DNA of 64,000 bases from Amphiscolops sp. MND2022 (lineage: Eukaryota), in contig OZ076413.1 of assembly GCA_964187785.1 (NCBI GenBank), positions 50,470,001 to 50,534,000 of the forward strand. Direction: 5' to 3'. A program made the position numbers and the translations under genes. The number at the start of each line of letters is the position of its first letter. Positions within the stretch are counted from its first letter, which is position 1. Below, in pieces: positions 1 to 11,400 of the stretch. Under the pieces are notes generated by a model. That model saw only the letters and a list, made by a program, of their open reading frames with translations. It had not been told where the DNA came from and did not search any database.

Positions 1-772
1 TACACGTGTTGCGGAATGTAGGTGTACCAATTACTCTACTGAATAAAATTCTGGAATCTGAGACACAATATTCACTATTTGCTCTCTACATAATTGGCGC
101 TTAAGGCCAGGCATAAGTAGCAATTAATTGACCTCATTAACTTGCCAAGACACAAAATGGCGGAAGTAAGAATTCAGCTTCAAAAGAAGCTAAGGCAGCC
201 GACTTCAAAGAGGAATGAATTCAGTGCACGCGTCTCGGTCTCCGAAATTTCGTGTCCTGATTTCTGCAAAACGCTCAGAAAAGGCTTGCAGATGCACTGT
301 AATGTGTGCTGTGGAGTACGTTTTCATGGTATGCTTCTCTCCCATATGTTCCAAGAACAATTTCTCTATCAAACTAGGAGTTTCGCGTTGTCATAGTTAC
401 TTGTCCGCCATAAATTTAGAGGCGCGATTCTCTATTTTACGAGTATTATATTGAAAAGCAATTTCCGAAAGATGGTAGTTTTTGTATTCGGAGTTGCTAA
501 CCGTTTCGACGTCCTCTCCAAATGGGCCCGGAGGATCCTTTCTCGAAGTTTTTTATTTAGTCTCCTAAAAGTCTTGGTATTATAAACAACTTCGTGCAAA
601 CACGTGATCCAAGCAATTGGAGAAAAGTTGATGAGAGACCCTACTCCCGCGTCAGAAAAATATACATTCAAAACGAGGCGCGCAGGAAAAATTCTTTACC
701 TGTATTTCACAGCTGCAACAGCTTGGCTTCCGTCCAAAACGGGAAAAGCCTAGTGAGAAAAACGTCACCGAG

Positions 773-3027
773 TGTTACGACTATTAACCGGTGTTGTTTT
801 AGAACTAGTCGCAGTTTGTGTCTTGACTGGGGTGGACGTTCTCGTTACGGAGATGTTTTCTTGGTCAGAATCAGAATCTTGTACGTTCGAACTAACTGAG
901 CGTTTCTTGTTCGCAGGTGCTATTAATTTAAGCATTTCCTTTTGATTTTCGGCTAATATCTTTGTTAGATCAGTCATTATCTCTTTTCTCAGAGTTGTTT
1001 TTATTTCCTCCAGGTTTTCAAGCTCAAGTCTAGGGTTTTTACTAGAACTAGGTATCAGGTTTTCAGTAGAGTTATTTTCAGTTATTTTCGAAATCCCCTG
1101 ACACAAATTCAGCTACTGCTTTCCTCTTCTGGCTTCTAGTAGTCATTTTTTAATGTTAGAAAATGATTCTTCGGCAATAGATGAATTCTTCGAAGATGAT
1201 TTTGTTCAACGTTGAAACAACGAAACAGTTTAAGTTTATTACAACTTGCAAACACAACTAACTAACTTTACATGCCTCGTCTAAGTATATATACCTTCTT
1301 AGCGTCATTTGTTCCTCATCTAAAAATTCCTAGGAATCTCAAAAATCGGGTTTGTTCAACAAAAAGCGCTAATGATTCATATCATTTCAGTCCCGCGTCG
1401 TAAAATCAGGCATCAAAATTCCTAGTTGCGTCAGTGTTCCGTAAAATTTGTTGAAATCATTTTTGTTCAGGCAATCCCATTTCCTGTTTAAGTCTCAAAA
1501 TTGCGGTAAAATAAAAGTCTATCTTGCATTTTCATCAGCGTAAGCACGCCGGCATGAACAATTAGTCAACTTTCAATTTGGGAGATTGAGATTCGAAGCA
1601 AAAGAATGACTCGCAAAAATTGTAACGAAATTGAAACGAGGCAAAAGGAATTTTGGACTAAGGATATTTGAATATTATTGAGGAACAAGCAACGCTAAGG
1701 AAAACATAATGATGATTAATCGGTTAATTTTGTAAACTGAACAACAGCACCAACAGAAAATCCAACTTTGACCTATACGTGGCCATAACGTAACAAGTAC
1801 GAATTGCAAAGTACAAATAGATAGGAAAAAATTGCATTTGCAGGCAATAATTATTCTGCACTCGATTGGGCTTCGTATATGAATAAATAGGGCAGGCATC
1901 CTGCAACAATAGCACTTGGTTTGGGTTTCGACGTTGACCTTACGTTACGTTCTGTGAAACATTTTTAATGATAAACAACTAACCACTGAATACATAAACT
2001 CTTAATGTAACGTAAGGTATACGTGATTTGAGAAACTGTTGTAATAGCATCGTTACTCTTCGATCATAGTTTTAGCCCCTTCTTACAGTACAACCTTTTA
2101 CATGTGGACTTGTTTTCAAAACCCTTTAAGTGCGTCGATTCAGAAAAATCCTTATTTGATTTCGGTTTAAACTAATGCTTCATCGCTATTATTTTACGAA
2201 TTGTTCCGTACGTATTAAGATTGGTTATAGCTGAGCGGCGGAATACAATTTTACAATCCGCTCCGTAGCTGCCCCGTACGTATTAAGATTGCTCATAGCT
2301 TAGTTATCGGACCAAGCGGAGAGAAAGCGGAGTGCGTAGGTGAATTCATTCTCTCTCTCTTATTCCAATTGGTGTTGCTAGGGGCAACCGAAATTGCTTC
2401 TATTCAACTTAGCTAAGAATAGTTCTATCAATAGAGTGACGTTATTGGTCCGTAGAAGCAAAATTCCTAATATTAACTCAGTAGATTGACGTTGCCATAG
2501 CGTTGTAAATATTTGCCTAAATCACTTGGCTGTGCTTTAAGTGAATATTGACAACCACTTCATCTCTGGAAAACAATTCCGCTCTATTATTCGTCTGTTC
2601 TTTTTCATTTTAGATTGTATGAATTCCGTTGGGATCTCGGAATTGAATTTTATTTTAATGTTTTTATTTTAGTGTGGACCAGTGGAAAGAATGATCCCAA
2701 TTATAAATGTTCATTTTAGTGTTTAGATTAGTATGGCAGAGAATCAGAAAATCATACCGGAAATGAAAAATCTTATCACGCGCGGAGAATATTTAACCGG
2801 AAGTTTTAGCTAAAAATCATTTCTGAAAAACGTTCCGTAACGTTTACGTTAGGTTTTGTATTCGGAAAATTATCTGCAACCGATTTAGCTGTACTGTAAG
2901 TAGAATTTAGATTAGTTTAAAATTAGGTTAGTTTAATAGAGTTTACCTCGGCCTTGTCCTCGGCCAATTTCGAAACCAGGTATCCCACTGCAGCAACTAT
3001 AATCCCGACCGGGAGCGGGTCGTGACA
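773..3027 (-). repeat. 3' LTR of element 1 (2255 bp)
   Basis: Direct repeat of 14726-16985, differing by a few substitutions and a net 5-bp indel near 1085. Confidence 0.96.
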
Positions 3028-3804
3028 GGGCCCCTCTTGAAGCAAGAGACAAGGGTATAGCTCGGCAATGAGGAATTTCTTTCCTGATGATGACAGGGGG
3101 ACGGCCGTTGAAAATCCGCGTGCCGCGACTACGTCCTCTTCCCGAAGTCATTTTGGTTATGAGTCTCTCTTCTTCTTCCATTTCTCGAAGCTCCTGTTCT
3201 CTTCGCGTCGACTCAATAGGGCATATTTCTGGCGGCTTAGTAGGGTCGCTTAACGCACATCTGCATTGCTCCCTTTTGGTCGGAGGGGGGGGGCATTCTC
3301 TTTAGCTCCGTAGTGAGTGCGTCCACGACCAACTGTTGCGAAAAACTGCCGGTCTTCTATGTCTAAACCATGTAGTGCGTCCAATTCTGTCAGCGAAGGC
3401 TCATTCAAGTCATTCAGCTTGACTGTGTTTGGAGCTCTTTCATTTCCTAACTGGGGAATGTTTGCCTTTTCTTTTAGAACTGGTGTTGGTTTTATTTGGG
3501 GCTGGCTCGGCGGCGTATCCGGTTCTTCGTAGAAGTCGGTATCTGAGTTAGGGTTTACTGCTGGCGGTAGATTAAAGCTTACTCTCCCTAGCTTTTTCTT
3601 TTTGCTGGGGGTAGGGCCGCGCCTTTTCGGAGAACAGTCAGACTCGGACGTTGAATCTGTTTCAGCTTCACTCCCACGGAATACTTCCGTGGACGAGTCA
3701 CTAAGAGTGCTGATCGTATTGAGGGGTAGTGTCTTCAATGGCGTGCTGCAACGGTTATTATCTTCGTCGGAAGATATATCTATCACTAACGAGTATCCGT
3801 TCAT
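2933..3804 (-). CDS. Element 1 accessory ORF3, Ser/Pro/acidic disordered protein (184 aa as assembled; about 290 aa if the G9 run at 3285-3293 hides a 1-nt indel)
   Basis: ATG ORF 3250-3804; a second frame is open from 3301 to 2933; positional counterpart of ORF 23100-23699 in element 2 with a similar C-terminal motif (SCCSGIPGFE vs EYCSRINPVFE). Confidence 0.6.
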
Positions 3805-4395
3805 GATTGCAGAGATTAAATTTTGTAGGATTTTGGCTTATGTCTTCTTTGACTAGTTCACAGAGAATTAGTTTGGCAGAAGATGCTGGTCAAGCTTTTA
3901 TGAAAATTGGACGACAAATGAACGTTTCAAATTCTTTTCCTTCGTAATTTTTAACGAAATTCTATTGGTCGGTTTTTACGCTTTCGTTTCGGTGCGTCTC
4001 GAGTTGGAAGAAACAAGTTCTTTCTTACTGCGTTGTGATTGGTCGAAATAATTGATGAAAACTTCTAATTCTAGTAGCCGTCCTCTTTTCGGTTAATGGC
4101 GTAATGACGTCACACAGTTTCATTGGTGTATTACGCCTGTGTTCCGTGATCTTCTGATGATTTTCTTAATTCTTCTTTAGCATTTCTTGGTGGATTTTTA
4201 TCCATCTTTTGGAAACGTTTTGTTCCGTCAATGCCATAATAGGCTTTTAAAAGGAAAAAGGAAATTGAAACATAGATGATTTTCTTTCCTGTAAAAATGA
4301 TGCTGTTGATCCTTTTCTTGTCTTTTACGTTCGCTTTGCGTAGTTTTCTTCTTGATTTTTCCTTTTGTTTTAGATTTCTTGAGTTGTTATTCTGG
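3805..4395. promoter_or_regulatory. Candidate internal (possibly bidirectional) promoter between ORF3 and the antisense gene
   Basis: Four ATTGG/CCAAT boxes (3906, 3964, 4038, 4122) and a perfect TGACGTCA (4105-4112) between two divergently oriented ORFs. Confidence 0.4.
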
Positions 4396-7300
4396 ATGGA
4401 TGGTGATTCTGGTCCTCCTGCTGGTACTGGTACAGGGTTCGTCAGTGGAAACGAGACAACATTCAATTTCACCGATGATGATGTTGTCCCTTCTGACATC
4501 GATATTTCTCGTTCTGCTTCGGGTTGGTAAAATCTTTCTGACTTCCTGGGTAATAGGACTATTGTTTTGGTGATCAGCCTTTTATAGTCTTACCCGTAAC
4601 TCTGACGCGTCTGAACTAGATCTTGATTTTCAGTAACTCAACCCATTGCGCTGCCCGGGCTTAATTCCAATACGGAAGCTAGTCGTTCTTTGGTTCCCGT
4701 GGGACTCCCTTCCATTACCGAGGCATTTCCGGTTGTCTCTGTCAACGCTATCCTGACGACTGTTCTTGCTGGTTCTGGGCATGCTGCTTCTTTCCAGTCT
4801 GGTTCCTCTTCTTTGTTAGAGGCTCCCGACGTCAGTACTGGAGTTTCGCAAGATGCCGCCGGATTTGGTTCTCAGCTTCAAGATGCTGCTGTTGTTAGTG
4901 AGCCTCGTGGAGGCGAGGCCATTCCGGCCGCCCCAAAAGAAAGTGGGGGAGGAAAAAATGATGTGGAAGCTGCGACTGTCGATGTCATGGAGCCGAGTTG
5001 TTCTCGTGAGCGGGCTGTGAAGTTTTCGACTCCGCCACCGCAACGTCAAGGTGGTCATTCACCTAGCTTACAGGAGCTTATGGCTGAGGGATGGAGCAGT
5101 TAGTTGTTTCTCTTTTTTTTTCTCATCCTTTTCTTTTCGCTTCTCTTTGTTTTGTAGAGTGCTTGTATGGAGTTGTTCAATTTAGTCTTCTGGTTGGGTT
5201 TCTCGGAGTGGTTCGGGCGTCCATATTGTTTCCACCTAATTGTTTTGATGTTTGTTATAGGTGATCCAGAAGCGGAGGAGGAGGTGTTAGCTTTCCCCGG
5301 CAATACTCCGTTGAGTCCAATTGACTTGGCGCAATTTGGTCGTCATCTGATTTCGGAGGTGGAGACTCGGGCAGTACAAAGTATCGAGACAGGTACGTTA
5401 GTATGTCATAGTTAATAGGGGGTTGTTTAGGTGTGGTTGGGGTTTTGGGGTCGCAATATCGTGTGTCATATTTATAGATGGTTGTGTTATTGTTTGCAGG
5501 TTTCACGAAATTTTCTAAGAAGATTGGAGATCGCTGCCAGCGGCGAGTGCGAACTTATGGAAATCGCAAGCATTTGAAGAGACGCATGTTATCTTTGCAT
5601 CCCGCATATTCCAACTTTGTCAGTGGCTCTAAGTGCGGGGAGCCTACGTCCTTCTTTTGTCGGGTGTGCAATCGAGATGTGCGGATGAAGGCACAAGGAT
5701 CTGGCGAGTTTAAACGTCACTTCGCATCTGATGGGCACTGGTTTCGTGACGTGCGCTACAGGGTACATTCAGGGTTGCCCGTATACAACAGATGGTTGGA
5801 GCCTATGGAACTGACTGCCGCCCAGATTGCGGAATACAAAGCTCAACCTTTTGTGGACCTGGCAGAGGGGTTTCCCTTTCCAGAAGATTTGGTGCCCAAA
5901 CATGCCCAAGTTGATTCAAAGGTCCCATTTATGACAATGATCTCGGCCGTCTGTGAGTGGCTCCGGAGTGGCGGCGATTTCACGTTGCTGCGACGTTTAT
6001 GGGCGTGTTTCCGAGCTTCTTTGGGTGAGAGGGCGCCCGAATATCAGCTGAATTGGAGTCGTGCTGAGACGGTGGTATGTAGGGGTATTACATATTTTTT
6101 GTGGTCTTTGGGTTCATGAGCTTTGTCTGTCTCGTTTTCCCTCTTTTTTCCTCTTTTTTTCTTCTCTTTTTTTTTCTTTTTTCCTTCCGGGGGGGCAGTA
6201 GTAGTATGGTTTTGTAGTCATGGTATTTGTATATTGTTTCAGTCCCTGCTGTGTCGTGGCCTTGCTCCTCGGGTGTTGCGTCTGGTTCTCAGTGCAGTCG
6301 GGACGCGCAATGAATATGCATTGTTCTATGAGAAAGACGCGGATGTTGAACGATGCTTTGTTGTGTGCTGGTTGGATAATGCTCTGCGGAAAATCTGCAT
6401 TGGTCAGGAAGTTTTGGACCAGCCTATGCCCAAATCCGAGTTGGTTCCTTTGGCACAGTTCGTCCACAGTGTGCAAAATGCGCGCCTTCCCTTTTGTGTC
6501 AGCGGTGCTAGTCCGGTGCTTCTTCGAGTGATAGAGGACAATCGTACTGATGGGAAACGGTTTGTTATGCATCAACAGTTTTCCGAGGAGGTGTTCTTAC
6601 AGTGTGTGCGTCAGGCACATCAGGATGTTTTCGGAATGGTAGAGGTGACAAGTTTGGTAGACTATGTCATTTTACGGCTGAAGAGCGCTGTGTACGAGGA
6701 CTGGACAGATGGCAAGGTGTTGCTGCGCAAGGCCATTCGTCAAGGTTTCGTTGCCTTCCAGGATCTTCGTGAGGTTCTGACTGATTTGGTGGACCTGTGG
6801 CCTTCAATTCGCCTGTTCATTCGGTGTACCGGATTGCCTCATGTGAAAGATCAAGCCGACAGTGTGAGTTTGTTGCATAATTTTTTTTTTGCGGGAGGTT
6901 CTTCTCGGTCGTCTTGTTGGTCATCTGTTATTTTCCGTCTGCTTAGTTATTTTGTGTTGTTGTTTAGTTGAGAGGTATGGATTCAACTGTGATCTCGGAC
7001 GGACTGGTGCCGTATCGTTTTGGGCTGTTGCAATTGATGTTGGATACTTTCCATATTCATTTGCCGAAATTGAGACAGAAACGCAGCGATTATGCATTCC
7101 ATGGCTATGGTGAATTATGCGATTTCGTATACTGCTTGTTGATGAAGACACGCCAGTTATCAAGTCTTCCAGCTATTCACGATTGGGATGCATACATGGA
7201 CGTGGAAAAGGTGGCAAGTTTCCCTGTTGCACCTATAGATGAGTTCTTGGCTCACTGTGATTATGGGAAGTCTCTTTTGTCATCGAAAGCAAGCGAGATG

Positions 7301-8260
7301 CCAACGTTTCGTGGTCGCTGCAGAGAATTTATCGATCGCCTCGTCACTCTGTTAGTGGAGAGCGCCAGCACTCGTTCCATTGTTTCGAAAGGTCTGTGCA
7401 GTTTCTGCCCTGAACTGATGTTAGAAGGTGACGATAAGTGTGCGTTTGATTTGTTTTCTGAGCTGTGTGATGGTCTTGTGAGGTGCGGCGCTTTATCTCG
7501 AGAAGAATGCAATGCTGCTGTGGATCAGTATAGTGCGTACATGATTGAGAAACGCAGGCAGCATAGTCGATTGGAGCGTTCTGCCAGTTCTATTACGGAC
7601 ATTCGCCGCTACTTGCTGGATGATTTCGGGTTCCAGTCACGACGACATGTACTCCGTGTCTTCAAGTTGTGTTGTCTGCTTGTCGGTGAGCCCAACCGTG
7701 TTAGTCCTCCGTTTACTCTTGATCTGTCGAGTTGTAAACAGGCTGAAGGAAGTGTTCTTCTGTGTTGCAGAGTTGTTCAATCGTATGTTTTGAGCGACGG
7801 TTATTCTCCGCAGTCATTGTTTACTGAGTCATCTATGGACCTAATTCGAGATGCTGTTTCTGATGCTGGGCTATTCTATATTGGCTCTGATTTTAACGTG
7901 TGGAAAGATCTGTGTGATGCCGGTGTGGACTCGTTTATTGCAGCTTTTTGCGAGCTGTATAAAGAATTTTTGGCAAAGCGACGTCAATCCAGTGATGAGC
8001 ATTATACGGAGTGTGATCGAGTCAATCGTTTGTCTCGGGCAGAGCAGGGGTCTCGTAGCAGTTCCGTTGTGCAGAGTAGTTCCAGTTCTGTTAGTGGAAA
8101 AGGAAAAAGTGGTGGAAGTAAAGTTGGTGAAAAGAGCACTGATGGGAAGCAGGTCGAGAAGACGAAGAAGTCTAACGTGCAAGCTGGTGGTAGTAAAACG
8201 ACTCCGAAGAAGAAGTCGAAGAAAGACACTGATCCTTCCGTACATCATCATGTCAAGTAA
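4396..8260 (+). CDS. Spliced antisense accessory gene of element 1, predicted 1070 aa: disordered N-terminus, C2H2/BED-like zinc finger, degenerate hAT-transposase-like body, basic tail
   Basis: Exons 4396-4522, 4634-5098, 5261-5392, 5500-6074, 6243-6863 and 6968-8260 joined by five GT-AG introns, all frame-compatible (3213 nt, no internal stop); CRVC...HFASDGH motif; homologous to the element 2 gene. Start codon is tentative. Confidence 0.85.
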
Positions 8261-8406
8261 CTTGTGTTGTGACGATTTGTAGACTTTTATTATGTTTTGA
8301 TGATTCTGAAGGAACTATAATTTTGGCTTTGTTGCTGTTCTTTTTAGTTTAGATGATAATTTTACGTAGCTACTCCGGTTCGGTTTAGCCTGTTGATTGT
8401 TTTCAT

Positions 8407-11400
8407 TTAGTTTTGAGTTTGACGTAGATCGTCCGTGGTAGTTGAGTTTAGCATTCTGAAGTCAGGATCCACGTTGGGTCTCGGATTAGGTCTCAAATTG
8501 TATCGTCCCACTTTTCTAGGATTGTATCCAACGACTATAGGCGGTAATTCGGGTGTTTTGGGAGGGCTGTGTATCGGTGGTGGGGTCAAAATATATGGGT
8601 TATCGGTGACACCTAGGTCAAATGACATTATATTGTCGGAAAGTGCTTTATCTTCTGCAGTATTTTCATTTGTGGCTGTTTGAGCCACGTCGCTTTCCGT
8701 TGTAGCTTCGTCTGTGGTTGTTTTAACCACGTCATTTTCCACTGTACTTTCATTGGTGGTTGTTTTAACCACATCATTTTCCGTTGTAGTTTCGTCGCGT
8801 CCTGTTGTGTCTGTGATTTCTGTAACTGTGGCTTCTTCTGCGGCGTTTTCGGTATTGTTTCCGAACAGAACTTCTCCGAATTCGGTTTCCCAAGCTTGCG
8901 CGTACCAATCATTGTGGGTTGTTTTAACCTCTGGGTCTGGAAGATAATCTTCCCTCCTGACTGTTACGTCAGGTACTCGCTGATTGGGCGCATATAGCCT
9001 TAGGCGAATTCTGTGGAGGGTTTGGGTATACCTAGTTCCCGTGCGGCGTACGACGTAGTTGTTGTTCGAGAGTACTTTGACTACTATGTAGGGTCCAGTC
9101 CAAATGCAATCTTTAAAAGCGAATTTCATCGACTGGTTGTCTGCCTTCGGATTGAGGACGTAACAGTAGTCATTGACTTTGAGCGGTGTAGCTGTTGCTT
9201 TCTTGTCATAGTACTGTTTGTATTTGAGGTAGGATTGCATTAGGTTCTCTTTGGCAGCTTGGTGTATTTCGGCTATTTGTTTCTGTAATTGATCCGTTAG
9301 TTCGTCGTTGCTATCTTTTTCCCATTTAGGTTTCAGTCCAAGTTTTATGTCCAGAATGTTGTACGGGATGCGTCCGTGAAAGACTGTTGTAGGTTCACAA
9401 CCTAGGCTTTCATGGTAACTTGTATTGTAATTCATGACTGCAATCTGGACGTATTTGTGCCACATGGAACGCCTTTCTCCCGTTGATATCTTTAAAGAAG
9501 TTTTTAAAGAAGCATGAGTCCTTTCTAGGATGCCAATTGTTTGGGCGTGTTTTGTCGATGCGTGGCTTATCCGTATATCCAATGTTTGTGCTATGTGGTT
9601 GACTACTTCTGATCTGAATTGTGATCCTTTATCTGTTAGAATGACGGACGGTAGGTAGCAGTGTCGTGTCATGACGTCTATTATGCATCGTGCGACTGTT
9701 CTTGCTGTCATGTCCTGTGTCGGGTAAGCGAAAAGGTAACGCGAAAAAACATCCATCATCGTTATGATGTGTTGGTATCCATTTGAGGAAGGTAGATTTG
9801 GTAAGATGTCTACTTCTAGGCAGTCTTCTGGTCCCATTGTGAACTCAGTATTGCTTAGCATTTTTGGGCGTATTTGTCTTGTGTCAATTCTTTTATTGGC
9901 AATGCAGTCTTGACAGCTGGTTACCCAAGCTCTGATTTTACGTGCAAGACCCGGGAAGTAGTATTTCGCTCTGCATTCTTGTATCATTTTTGTGATTCCT
10001 GGGTGTTTATTTGTTTTTCCATGTAGAGTGGCCAAGAGTTCTGGGACTAGGTGTTTCGGAATTATGATTTGATTATGGGTGACTGATCCGTCTTCTCCGT
10101 AGTATTTCCGCATCAGAACTCCATCTTTCATTATGATTCTTTCTTCGTGACGTAATAGGTTTCGTTCTCGTGGTTCAGTTTTGAGAAGGTGTTTGTCATA
10201 TTCTTCGTGTGAAATCCGTTGTTTCAATGCTTTGAGGAGAGGGTCTGCATCTTGCTCATTTCTGATCCGTGCATTTTCTTTGATTGCACCGAAGGAGTAG
10301 ACTGCGGAGTTGAGTGGTATCTTGATGACTTCGGTTTTTTTTGTTGATAATTCTCTCTCATGTTCGTCTAGGGCGCGTCGCTTGCTGAGTGCTTTTCGGG
10401 CAAAGATTTCCTGTTCAGATTCGTCTTCGTCATCAGGTAGGAAGAAAAGTTGTTCTTCGTCAGCTACATCTGATGATTGTAGATTGACCTCAATTGGGGA
10501 CGTTAGGATGTCGTCTCGTAGTTTAAGTTGTACCTTTTCTTTCGGTGTAAGTTCGAGTCTTGAGAGAAAATCTGCTGCTGTGTTTTGGGAGCCTGCTACG
10601 TGCATAATTCGAAACTTGAACTGTAATACATAGTCGCAAGCGTTCCAGAGTGCAGGGGGTGTCGTTTTGGTCTGGAAGAATCTCGTTACTGAGCGGTTGT
10701 CTGTTAAGACCAGGGTTGGAATTGTTGCTTCCCATAGTTTGTGGCTGTATTCGAGGAATGCATGGTAGATTGCTAAGAATTCCTTGCAGTAGATAGACAT
10801 TTTCAGTTGTGCAGGTGAAAAAACTCGTGATCCGAACGCTACTGGTGCGAAGGTTTTCCGTTTGGAGAGTATTTTGCGTTCATCATTCTCCTCAATCATG
10901 AGGGCGTAGCCTGACGCACGAAAGCTTGCGTCCGTCATTAGAACGTACTGTTTCCCTGCTATAGGCTGTCTTAGTGCGAGTCCACAAGCTTCCGCTAAAC
11001 TGGCGTTGATTTCCTTAAAGTTATCGACAAGTTCTTCTGAAATTCTGATCTTGGAGTCTGCTTTAAGAAGTTCGTACATGCCGATGAGTTTTTCTGATAA
11101 GCGCGGTATGTAGTTGCGGTAATAGTTAACAAAGCCAATGTACTTTTGAACTTGTTTTTTGGATTTGGGGAAGCGTACTTTGGAGAGGAAATTTTTGACT
11201 TTTTGATCTTGCGGGGATACTCCGTCGGGGGTGATGGTTCGGCCAAGAAATTCGATTTGGGTTACTCCAAAATGGCATTTTTCGATGGTTAGTTTTAGTC
11301 CTGCTTTCCTAATGCATTTGAAGACTGCTCTGATGTTTTTTATGAGCTGTTCCGTTGTGTTTGCGGCAATGCCAATGTCATCTACGTATTGTGCACATTG

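Noticed and set aside
765..1106. 113-aa ORF identical to the Gag N-terminus
   Set aside because: It is the 3' LTR copy of the LTR-encoded gag segment, cut off from its ATG by a 5-bp indel; not a separate gene
6123..6242. Phe-rich, signal-peptide-like N-terminus of ORF 6123-6971 suggesting an env or membrane protein
   Set aside because: It is the translation of a T-rich intron; absent from the element 2 homolog
4396..8260. Antisense gene as an independently nested hAT DNA transposon
   Set aside because: No TIRs or 8-bp TSD seen, catalytic motifs are absent, and a diverged homolog occupies the same position in element 2
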